Positions 1 to 9,292 of a DNA stretch of 54,085 bases are shown one piece after another. The position numbers and the translations under genes are program-made. This DNA comes from Kiritimatiellia bacterium (GTDB lineage: Bacteria; Verrucomicrobiota; Kiritimatiellia; SLOV01). The notes under the pieces are model-generated. The model had not been told where the DNA came from. It made no database searches and saw only the letters and a list, made by a program, of their open reading frames with translations. Numbering within the stretch: the first letter of the stretch is position 1; every line of letters begins with the position of its first letter. Where the stretch lies: contig SLOV01000087.1 of NCBI GenBank assembly GCA_007132345.1, positions 1 to 54,085 on the forward strand, read 5' to 3'.

Positions 1-120
1 CCCACCCGCGTGAGGCCACGTTGCCGCGGCCAATCACGTGACCGCGTGTCGCGGAACGTGACCACGCGGCGCGGCTCACGTGGCAACGGGGGGACTCACG
101 TCCGTGTAACTCCGCCCTCC
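1..120. repeat. Window-edge degenerate repeat with five phased ACGT-core (CACGTG-like) boxes, ending in the TAACTCCGCCCTCC arm of the downstream tandem units
   Basis: ACGT cores at 18-21, 36-39, 56-59, 78-81 and 98-101, spaced 18-22 bp. The arm taactccgccctcc at 107-120 is identical to the arms at 351-364 and 447-460. Confidence 0.5.
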
Positions 121-281
121 AGTTCTATACCGAATGGCACTAAATCAAGGCTGCGGCTCAGCGGGACGCTTCGCCCTACCTTCCTGCGCAAGTGCCTCGT
201 GGGTAGGGCGAACCGTCCCCGGTGAGCCGCATAGTCGCCCTCCGAAAACGGCCTTAATTTAGTGCCATTCAGTTCTACACC
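121..281. mobile_element. MITE-like palindromic element (139-bp core, 132-270) flanked by an 11-bp direct repeat
   Basis: Terminal inverted repeats are gaatggcactaaatcaaggc (132-151) and gccttaatttagtgccattc (251-270). Inner 29-30 nt arms lie at 152-180 and 202-231. Flanking direct repeats are agttctatacc (121-131) and agttctacacc (271-281). No ORF. Confidence 0.6.
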
Positions 282-290
282 CGTCCAGGC

Positions 291-556
291 TGGAGGGGCG
301 AGTTATACGAGCCCGCGAGCGGATACGACTCGGGCGCGGACGGCGTCGTTTAACTCCGCCCTCCATGGTGCGGGTCTGGTCTGGAGTGGAGGGGCGAGTT
401 ATACGAGCCCGCGGGCGGATGCGACTCGGGCAACGACGGCGTCGTGTAACTCCGCCCTCCATGGTGCGGGTCTGGTCTGGAGTGGAGGGGCGAGTTATAC
501 GAGCCCGTGAGCGGATACGACGCGGGCGCGGACGGTCTCATAAAACTCCGCCCTCC
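291..556. repeat. Tandem repeat, about 2.8 units of 96 bp, each unit containing a long imperfect hairpin
   Basis: Units start at 291, 387 and 483 (tggaggggcgagttatacgagccc...). In each unit a 5' arm ggaggggcgagtta faces a 3' arm taactccgccctcc about 45 nt downstream. The units differ by scattered substitutions. Confidence 0.85.
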
Positions 557-592
557 AGTTCAACAGCGCCCTCCGGAGACGAACCACGAATG

Positions 593-1243
593 TCAGGACA
601 GCCGGCGCGCGTAGGAGGGCGGCGGCTCTCTGACCACCAGCAACTCTCTTTCGTGGGGCTCGAGGGGGAAGTCGAAAACCTCCTTGAGGAGGATTGCCAA
701 CTCCGGAAAGCCGGGGCTCTTCAGCGTATCTTCGCGCCCGAAGGCCTTCCAGAGCAGGTATCGGTCGCCCTGCAACTGGTACACCTCCACCACGCTGGGG
801 AACGGCGTGACGATCCAGTATTCCGCAATGCCGAAGCGGGCGTACAGCTCCGTCTTCACCACACGATCATGGCGCAGGCTCGACTCGGAGAGAATCTCCA
901 CAACCAGCGACGGCGGCCCTTCGATATGCTTCTGGATCTGCTCCGGATTACAGACCACAACCAGGTCGGGCTGAACCACGTCCTCGTCAGAGAGCTTCAC
1001 ATCCATGGGCGCGGGGTACACCTTGCAGCCTTTTCCCCTGAAGAACGGCCTCATCTGGGCGTGAAGGGCGCCGAGAATGTCCTGATGCCGCGTCACCGGG
1101 CTCGGTGACATTGCGAGGGGCTGGCCGCCGATCAGTTCCCAGCGGGAACCCTCGGGCCATGTCACATAGTCGTCCCATGTGTAGTGCGAGTCGGGTGAAA
1201 TGGCCGGTGCGCCGCTCATGTGCTGCTCCTGCTCCGACCACAT
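593..1243 (-). CDS. Uma2 family (DUF820) putative endonuclease
   Basis: 216-aa ORF with Uma2-type motifs: PDLVVVC, PSLVVEILSESS, KTELYARFGIAEYWIV. Confidence 0.8.
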   Translation of the reverse strand: MWSEQEQHMSGAPAISPDSHYTWDDYVTWPEGSRWELIGGQPLAMSPSPVTRHQDILGALHAQMRPFFRGKGCKVYPAPMDVKLSDEDVVQPDLVVVCNPEQIQKHIEGPPSLVVEILSESSLRHDRVVKTELYARFGIAEYWIVTPFPSVVEVYQLQGDRYLLWKAFGREDTLKSPGFPELAILLKEVFDFPLEPHERELLVVREPPPSYARRLS

Positions 1244-1275
1244 TAGGCGCCGCGCCGGGCGGCTTCAAGTTCAGA

Positions 1276-2508
1276 TTAGGTCAAGTCGGGATCGGGATAA
1301 CGGTAGACCTCGCCGCGATAGTTGCTCAGGAGCAAGTCGTTGCCATCCCGGCCCACGACATGATTCGGCGAAACGGGAACCTTCCCGCCGCCGCCAGGGG
1401 CATCGATCATATAGTGCGGAATCGCATAGCCGGTGAGGCGTCCATGTAGACCGGAAAGCAGCCGAAGACCGTGCTGGACCGATGTCTTGAAATGCGAGGA
1501 ACCGGCGACGGGATCGCACTGGTGCAGGTAATAAGGCTTCACGCGGAGACGCAGCAGGCCCTGAAAGAGATCGGCCAGGGTCTCCGAGTCGTCATTGACA
1601 CCGGCCAGGAGAACGGTTTGCGACATGAGCGGAATACCTGCGTCGGCAAGACGCCCACAGGCCAGCGCGCTCTCGGGGGTCAACTCGCGCGGGTGCGTGA
1701 AGTGGAGGCTCAGCCAGAGCGGCGCGTATGCCCCGAGCAGCCTGGCAAGAGCGGGTGTAACGCGCTGCGGCAAGACGGCGGGAAGTTTGCTGCCGATGCG
1801 GATAATCTCCACATGCGGAATAGTGCGCAACCGGGAGAGGAGCCACTCGAGCCGGTCATCGGCAAGGATCAGCGGGTCCCCGCCGGAGAGGAGGACATCG
1901 CGAATCTCGGTGTGCTCCCTGATGTAGCGAAGGGCTTGCTCCCAGAGATGTTTGTCGGGCAGGAACTCGCCGGCACCGACCATACGGGAGCGTGTGCAGT
2001 AGCGACAGTAGGTGGCACAGAAGTCGGTGGCCAGAAAGAGGACTTTGTGGGGGTAGGTATGCACAAGGCCGGGCAAGGGGCTGTGGGCCTCTTCGCCGAG
2101 GGGGTCGGTGCGCTCCCAAGGCTGTATGTCAAACTCCTGGAGCCGGGGCACCATCGTCCGCCGTAACTGGTCGTCGGGGTCGTTCGGGGGAATGAGTGAG
2201 GCGTAGTAGGGTGTAATACCGACCGGCAGCGACGGACCCGCGCGGCGGGCAACCGCTGCCCGCTCGGCCTGGGAAAGGCGGAAGACGCGCGACAGCCCCT
2301 CCATGTCGCGAAACCGATTGCGGAGCTGCCAGCGCCAGTCGTTCCAGAGCTCGTCGCCGACCTCCGGGAAGTGCTTTTTGCGAAAGGTTGCGATGTCGTG
2401 CGCCCCGAGCTTGTCAGACATGTCGGACGCGTCGGACTTGTCCGACCCGTCCGACTTCCCGGAGCCCAGCCGCGATTCGTCTTCCATGAATTCGGTCTGT
2501 GGCTTCAT
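1276..2508 (-). CDS. kamA: KamA-family radical SAM protein (lysine 2,3-aminomutase-like)
   Basis: CATYCRYCTRS radical-SAM CxxxCxxC motif, plus GGDPL and PYYLHQCD KamA-type motifs. The start is set at ATG 2508, which overlaps the lhgO stop as ATGA. The ORF-track start at 2691 would lie inside lhgO. Confidence 0.8.
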   Translation of the reverse strand: MKPQTEFMEDESRLGSGKSDGSDKSDASDMSDKLGAHDIATFRKKHFPEVGDELWNDWRWQLRNRFRDMEGLSRVFRLSQAERAAVARRAGPSLPVGITPYYASLIPPNDPDDQLRRTMVPRLQEFDIQPWERTDPLGEEAHSPLPGLVHTYPHKVLFLATDFCATYCRYCTRSRMVGAGEFLPDKHLWEQALRYIREHTEIRDVLLSGGDPLILADDRLEWLLSRLRTIPHVEIIRIGSKLPAVLPQRVTPALARLLGAYAPLWLSLHFTHPRELTPESALACGRLADAGIPLMSQTVLLAGVNDDSETLADLFQGLLRLRVKPYYLHQCDPVAGSSHFKTSVQHGLRLLSGLHGRLTGYAIPHYMIDAPGGGGKVPVSPNHVVGRDGNDLLLSNYRGEVYRYPDPDLT

Positions 2509-3719
2509 GGGGTCCACCCGAAAGCGTCTTGTGCGAGTTCCGCAATATACGCCCCGATCGAGAGCGAGGCGGTTGCAGCGGGAGAAGGGGCATTGAGCAC
2601 ATGCACCATTCGCTCGGCGCAGATCACGCGAAAGTCGTCGACCAGTCTCCCCTGCCGGTCCACGGCCTGGGCGCGCACGCCTGCGCCGCACGGCTCGATG
2701 TCATCGGCGCACAGGTCCGGCACGAGCCTTTGAAGGTCGCGCAGGAAGGCCCGCTTGCTGAAGGAACGGGCCATCTCGCGAAGACCCACTGCCCCATATC
2801 TCAGGCCCATGCGCCAGAACCCGGGATCCGCGAACATTTCGAGCGTGTCGCGGGTGGAGAAATGCCAGCGACGATAGCCTTCCCGGCGCAGAGCCAGGAC
2901 GGCGTTGGGGCCTGCCTCGACCTCGCCATCGACCATGCGCGTGAGGTGCACGCCGAGAAAAGGAAAGCGCGGGTCGGGCACGGGATAAATCAGGTTTCGT
3001 ACCAAGGCACGGCGCCCAGCCTTGAGCCGATAATACTCGCCCCGGAACGGAATGATCCGCACCTCGGGGTCGAGACCGCAGAGCCGTGCGATGCGGTCCG
3101 ACTGTAGGCCGGCACAGTTGACGAGGTTGCGTGCACGTACTTCGACGCGCGAGGCGAGCAGGCGGAACTCGCCGCCGTCACGAACCACGCCGTTGACCGC
3201 GGCCTGCGTATGGACCGCCCCACCCTTCTGCCGCAGTTCTTCTGCCATCGCGTTGGCGACGCTGACAAAATCGACGATGCCGGTCTGAGGCACGTGCAAT
3301 CCGGCAAGCCCCGCAGCGTGGGGCTCCAACTCGCGTAGCGCCGCTTGGTCGAGAAGTTTTATGTTCTGAAGCCCATTCGCGGCACCGCGCCTGGCCAGTT
3401 CGTCGAGCATCGCTTGTTCGGCTGGGCGGGTGGCGACAACGACCTTGCCACAGACTTCGTGGGCCACCCCATGTTCGGCGCAGAATGCCAGCAGTTGCTC
3501 ACGGCCCCTCACACAGTTTCGCGCCTTCAAGGAGCCCGGCTTGTAATAGAGTCCGGAATGGATCACACCGCTGTTGTGCCCAGTCTGATGCGTAGCCACC
3601 CGCGGTTCCGCCTCCAGCACCGCAATGCGAAGGCCCGAGCGGCAGGCCAGCGCCAGGGCCGAGGAAAGCCCCACGATCCCGCCGCCGATCACCGCTACGT
3701 CGTATAACTCAAAACTCAT
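2505..3719 (-). CDS. lhgO: L-2-hydroxyglutarate oxidase (FAD-dependent)
   Basis: N-terminal DVAVIGGGIVGLS FAD fold and HQTGHNSGVIHSGLYYKPGSLKA, which is characteristic of LhgO. 404 aa. Confidence 0.8.
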   Translation of the reverse strand: MSFELYDVAVIGGGIVGLSSALALACRSGLRIAVLEAEPRVATHQTGHNSGVIHSGLYYKPGSLKARNCVRGREQLLAFCAEHGVAHEVCGKVVVATRPAEQAMLDELARRGAANGLQNIKLLDQAALRELEPHAAGLAGLHVPQTGIVDFVSVANAMAEELRQKGGAVHTQAAVNGVVRDGGEFRLLASRVEVRARNLVNCAGLQSDRIARLCGLDPEVRIIPFRGEYYRLKAGRRALVRNLIYPVPDPRFPFLGVHLTRMVDGEVEAGPNAVLALRREGYRRWHFSTRDTLEMFADPGFWRMGLRYGAVGLREMARSFSKRAFLRDLQRLVPDLCADDIEPCGAGVRAQAVDRQGRLVDDFRVICAERMVHVLNAPSPAATASLSIGAYIAELAQDAFGWTP

Positions 3720-3818
3720 GGAAATGGACTCGACTCGGCTCTCCGGTGATGTACCTACTTCTGCCTTGCCTCGTTTGACTCTTTAGGTCAGACGCTAGCG
3801 CACAACAGAAAGGCGACG

Positions 3819-5063
3819 ATGTTCCGGGTTCACACCGGGACGTGCGGGATCGGCATGGATACGGGAAAAGACAACGATTTGCAAGAGACCACGCGGGTAG
3901 AACTCACCGATATCTCCGTGGATCTGGATGCGCGGACCCTTACGGACCGCGAGATCGACGAATCGGGTTCGGAGGAGTTCCAGATTCAGGGGCTCGGCCG
4001 CGCGCAATTGGTGGAACAATATCGCGCCGTCCTGCGGGCGCGCGCCATCTATTATCCCGTGGCCTTCCAGTTCCTGGCCGAACTGGGGCGTGGGCGGCAG
4101 GGGGTCGTCTTTCTCGGCATTCGACAGGGCGCGCGCGGTTGCCTGACGCGACATGCCATCAAGGTCTACGATCCCGGCATCTATCCCTCGGCCAGGAAGT
4201 ATTGGACCGATATGGGGCGCATTGCCTCCCAGATTTCGCAGATGCAATCGTTGCGAAGCCCCTACCTGGTCTCTCGCGAGAGCTACGACGAGGTCAATGG
4301 CATCGGATATGTGCAGATGGAGGCCATCGACGGCATGGACGGATCCCACCTGCTGAAGGGGCTGCATCTGGACCGCGTGCGGCATGCCTCGACACCGGAG
4401 GAGTGGGCCCGGTTCACCGATGTCATCTTTAAACAGATGGATGGCCGGACCGCGATTCAGCCCGGGGTCGCCATCCATATCCTGCGCGGCATTCTGCGGG
4501 GCCTGGAAAGCCTGCATCAGAGCGGGTTCATGCACTGCGACGTCAAGCCCTCCAACGTCATGCTGGACAGGAACGGCTTTATTAAGGTCATCGACTACGG
4601 CCGCGCCGTGATGGTGGACGAAAAGGTCTCTTTTCTCGTCGGAACCCCCTCCTACATGGCCCCGGAGGTCCATCGCCGCCAGACCAGCCGCCGCACCTCC
4701 GATATTTATAGTGTGGGCCTCATTGCCATCGAGTTGCTCAGCGGGCAGCGTCCGGTTCCGCGCGAGCTGCGCTCCGAAAAGGAACTCTATGCCTACAAGT
4801 TGACGCTCCTGGACCGCCTGCCGGCCCTGGTGCCGGAATATGTGCGCGAGAACGAGGAACTGATGCGTATGCTCTGCATGTTCCTGCATCCCGACCCCGA
4901 TAAACGCTACCAGGACAGCACCGACGCGGAAGCGGGGACCAACGGCCTCGCCCAGGTGCACCGCCAGCTCGTCCGGTCCGGAATTGATGCCGATTACGAC
5001 CGGGAATTGCGGGATTACCTGGCCAAGCTGGTCGATCCGCGCATCAATCGTGTTGTCATCTGA
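3819..5063 (+). CDS. Serine/threonine protein kinase
   Basis: Hanks kinase motifs HCDVKPSNVML, DYG and GTPSYMAPE. GAAAGG lies upstream of the ATG. Confidence 0.85.
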   Translation: MFRVHTGTCGIGMDTGKDNDLQETTRVELTDISVDLDARTLTDREIDESGSEEFQIQGLGRAQLVEQYRAVLRARAIYYPVAFQFLAELGRGRQGVVFLGIRQGARGCLTRHAIKVYDPGIYPSARKYWTDMGRIASQISQMQSLRSPYLVSRESYDEVNGIGYVQMEAIDGMDGSHLLKGLHLDRVRHASTPEEWARFTDVIFKQMDGRTAIQPGVAIHILRGILRGLESLHQSGFMHCDVKPSNVMLDRNGFIKVIDYGRAVMVDEKVSFLVGTPSYMAPEVHRRQTSRRTSDIYSVGLIAIELLSGQRPVPRELRSEKELYAYKLTLLDRLPALVPEYVRENEELMRMLCMFLHPDPDKRYQDSTDAEAGTNGLAQVHRQLVRSGIDADYDRELRDYLAKLVDPRINRVVI

Positions 5064-5164
5064 GCCGGGAACCTGTAGAACCACGGGCCTTTAAGCAGAA
5101 AACAACCAACGAATCGGCACCAAAACGCCGCAAAGAACATAGGGCCCCAGGCCGGGAGAATGTA

Positions 5165-5815
5165 GTGAATATTTTGCATGTCTGCGCCAATCCGAAACCC
5201 ATCAGCGAGTCGGCCTCCAAGCAACTCGCCGCGGCCTTCTTCGCCAAGTTGGTCGAATTGAACCCCGACGCGGAAATCACCAATGTCGACCTTTACCAGG
5301 ATCCACCCCCTTTCCTCAGCTACGACGCCATTCGGGGCTCCTGGTTCCCGGTCTACATCGACGGCTATACCGCCACCAAAGAGGAACTCACCCATCTCGA
5401 ATATGCCGATCTGCAGTCGGTCGTCTTTAACGGTGCCGATGTGCTGGTGCTTACCCTGCCCATGTGGAACTTTTCCGTCCCGGCCATCCTGAAGGCATGG
5501 ATCGACCAGGTCTTCACACCGGGCCGCGCCTTCGAAGTCCTCAAAGACAAAGGCATTTTACCAAAGCACAAGATCCAGAAGATGGTGCTGCTGGTGGCAT
5601 CCGGCGGCGCCTACAAAGAGGGCGACGAGCGCGATTCGCTCACCACGCAGATCGAAAGCCTCTTTGCCTGGATCGGCATTCGCGACATCAGCATCGCCTG
5701 GGCCGACGGCCAGGATGTGTTCCTCTTCGATGACTCCGAGCAGCGCAAGCTCTTCGCGCGCGAAGCCGCCGAAGAGCTGGCCGAAGAAGTCTCCTCCGGC
5801 ATCTTCGCCTCCTGA
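5165..5815 (+). CDS. NAD(P)H-dependent FMN oxidoreductase, flavodoxin-like fold (azoreductase-like)
   Basis: 216-aa ORF with a GTG start. The layout is AzoR/flavodoxin_2-like: N-terminal ILHVCANPKP, then PMWNFSVPAILKAWIDQV. Confidence 0.65.
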   Translation: MNILHVCANPKPISESASKQLAAAFFAKLVELNPDAEITNVDLYQDPPPFLSYDAIRGSWFPVYIDGYTATKEELTHLEYADLQSVVFNGADVLVLTLPMWNFSVPAILKAWIDQVFTPGRAFEVLKDKGILPKHKIQKMVLLVASGGAYKEGDERDSLTTQIESLFAWIGIRDISIAWADGQDVFLFDDSEQRKLFAREAAEELAEEVSSGIFAS

Positions 5816-5843
5816 ACGCGATACGGCGCCCCTCTGCTGCCCT

Positions 5844-5989
5844 GAATGGCACTAAAACAAGGCTAATTCCGGGTGGCATCTTTGCGGCTCACCGGGGACG
5901 GCTCGCCCTACCCACCTGACACTTGAGCGGGAAGGTAGGGCGAAGCGTCCCCGATGTCCACGGAGCCGGGGCAGGCTCGCTGAGCCGCA
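5844..5989. repeat. Second, rearranged copy of the 132-270 palindromic element
   Basis: gaatggcactaaaacaaggc at 5844-5863. The arms match the reverse complement of the first copy's arms with 1 mismatch. A 27-bp insertion (5952-5978) sits in one arm, and the second terminal repeat is missing. Confidence 0.7.
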
Positions 5990-6261
5990 ACCTTTGGATC
6001 GAATACCCTGCAACTGTCCCAACACAAGAGCCGCCTGCAAGGCTACCAGAACGATGCGAAGTACCGTTTGGCTCAACACCAACCCCCTTTGCCACCACTA
6101 CGCACACGTCTTCAACTACATTATTGTATCTTAAATGGTTTTAAGCGACGTTTGCGTATCTCTCTGAGCGCAAAACACGAAAAGCCTGTTTTTAATGTTT
6201 AGGCGCAACCGTCTTTCCCGCAAATGATTGCGAGTTATACCGCGTCCCTGACGCGCCCGGC

Positions 6262-6277
6262 TGGCATGGAAAAAGCT
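6262..6277 (+). promoter_or_regulatory. Possible sigma-54 type (-24/-12) promoter upstream of glnN
   Basis: TGGCATGGAAAAAGCT has the GG-N10-GC spacing of TGGCAC-N5-TTGC and lies about 50 nt upstream of the glnN ATG. The -12 half is weak (AAGCT). Confidence 0.3.
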
Positions 6278-6326
6278 AACGGAGCGGCGTTTGTGTGGAA
6301 CCATAGCATGAGGAGATAGCATACAG

Positions 6327-8501
<2,175 letters not shown>

Positions 8502-8526
8502 GCGATCCTGATCCGAAACGTTGCGG

Positions 8527-8570
8527 CATATCCGGGCGCGGGGAAACCCGCCCCGGATATGTTGCTTTCC
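8527..8570 (+). terminator. Rho-independent terminator after glnN (possibly bidirectional)
   Basis: GC-rich hairpin catatccgggcgcgggg-aaa-cccgccccggatatg (8527-8561), followed by ttgctttcc. Confidence 0.6.
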
Positions 8571-8592
8571 GGACAGGGTTCATCCGTGGGCA

Positions 8593-8793
8593 TCAAGGCA
8601 TAGGCATCGGCTGGGGCGCCGCGTGCCGCGCGAAAAAGAAGACCCACAACAGAAAAACGAACAGCGCGCCAGCGAAGAGCACCATCATCAATCTCGGGCC
8701 GCGCCCCAGCTTTTCGTCGGGGATCAGCCAAAGCACGCACAGGGCACCCATAGCCAGCAGAACGCCCACCAGGACGAATAGAAAAACAAACAC
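8593..8793 (-). CDS. Small membrane protein (about 66 aa, two predicted TM helices)
   Basis: GTG start at 8793, preceded by GGAGG (complement of 8801-8805) with 7-nt spacing. Two hydrophobic segments. The remainder of ORF 8593..9216 runs through repeat elements and is not called. Confidence 0.45.
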   Translation of the reverse strand: MFVFLFVLVGVLLAMGALCVLWLIPDEKLGRGPRLMMVLFAGALFVFLLWVFFFARHAAPQPMPMP

Positions 8794-8875
8794 GGCCTTT
8801 CCTCCTTTCGAAAACTGCGCTTTTCGACAACCCACGGAAGGATACATGATCCAAGCCGTTCCCGCAATCGCTGGG

Positions 8876-9026
8876 CATTTGTGTTCAGCAATTCTCAGTA
8901 TGGCCCAGAACGGGTCCTTTGGGCCTGCTGAAGCAGGTACTACGAACGGTTTTCCGCCGGGTTTTCGCCCGTTTGTAGTCCCGCCTTCAGGCGGCAAGGG
9001 CCACACTGAGAATTGCTGATTTGTGT
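8876..9026. mobile_element. MITE-like element (133 bp, 8885-9017) with a perfect 9-bp target-site-duplication-like flank
   Basis: Terminal inverted repeats are cagcaattctcagtatggccc (8885-8905) and gggccacactgagaattgctg (8997-9017). ATTTGTGTT occurs at 8876-8884 and 9018-9026. There are internal sub-hairpins (cctgctgaagcagg, ccgccttcaggcgg). Confidence 0.7.
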
Positions 9027-9215
9027 TGGTGGCGTTCGATGAGATTCGAGTGTACGAGTAGGTGTACGAGTACGAGTAGTTACTCCCGCTCGATAAGCGA
9101 TCAGGTTCACATGGCGGAATCTGTTTCGTCATTCGCCCCCCCGTGCTCGTACACCTACTCGTACGCGCTGATCTCTCTATCAATTCAGAAGAGCGAGTGG
9201 ATCGAATACCCTGCA
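9027..9215. repeat. Hairpin repeat element sharing modules with 27071-27117 and 5995-6013
   Basis: Inverted arms at 9049-9073 and 9141-9165 (2 mismatches). 9027-9073 equals the reverse complement of 27071-27117 at 45/47. The 19-mer tggatcgaataccctgcaa at 9197-9215 is identical to 5995-6013. Confidence 0.7.
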
Positions 9216-9292
9216 AATACCGGAAGAATCAGCCCTGCCCAATGCCCTTCCCCGCTGCTGACAACTTCGAGGAGAACGTGTAGGGTATCGGG

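Noticed and set aside
291-556. Possible CRISPR array (regularly spaced repeats)
   Set aside because: The whole 96-bp unit is repeated, including the would-be spacers, which differ only by point substitutions. No unique spacers are present and no cas genes are in the window. It is a tandem repeat.
365-1108. 247-aa plus-strand ORF
   Set aside because: It runs through the tandem repeat, giving a repetitive Arg-rich translation, and then antisense to the well-supported Uma2 gene. It is a GC-driven shadow ORF.
2413-2457. 9-bp-phased GTCSGAC palindromic heptamers as a regulatory array
   Set aside because: They lie inside the KamA-like coding frame and encode an (SDx)n low-complexity acidic tract. 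Coding-level repetition is the simplest explanation. They are mentioned only within the lhgO-kamA finding.
3795-5084. Long antisense ORFs opposite confident genes (also 6471-7376, 7395-8309, 11014-12378, 13921-15399, 18031-19455, 21371-22528, 30259-31140, 37005-38234, 40056-41402, 42271-43828, 44137-45219, 47256-48620, 49603-50601)
   Set aside because: Each lies opposite a gene with clear family motifs. Their translations are Arg/Gly/Ala/Pro-rich with no recognisable motifs. This is typical of stop-codon-poor antisense frames in high-GC DNA.
5995-6013. The 19-mer TGGATCGAATACCCTGCAA as a sigma-54 promoter or a tRNA T-arm remnant
   Set aside because: The GG-to-GC spacing is 14 rather than 12 nt, so it does not fit the -24/-12 geometry. 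GGATCGAATAC has no flanking complementary stem, so it is not a T-arm. No tRNA cloverleaf was found in any intergenic region I inspected.
8593-9216. 207-aa minus-strand ORF
   Set aside because: Its N-terminal two thirds are translated from two stacked repeat elements (the MITE and the hairpin element). Only the last 66 codons, which have their own GGAGG-GTG start and two TM helices, were kept.
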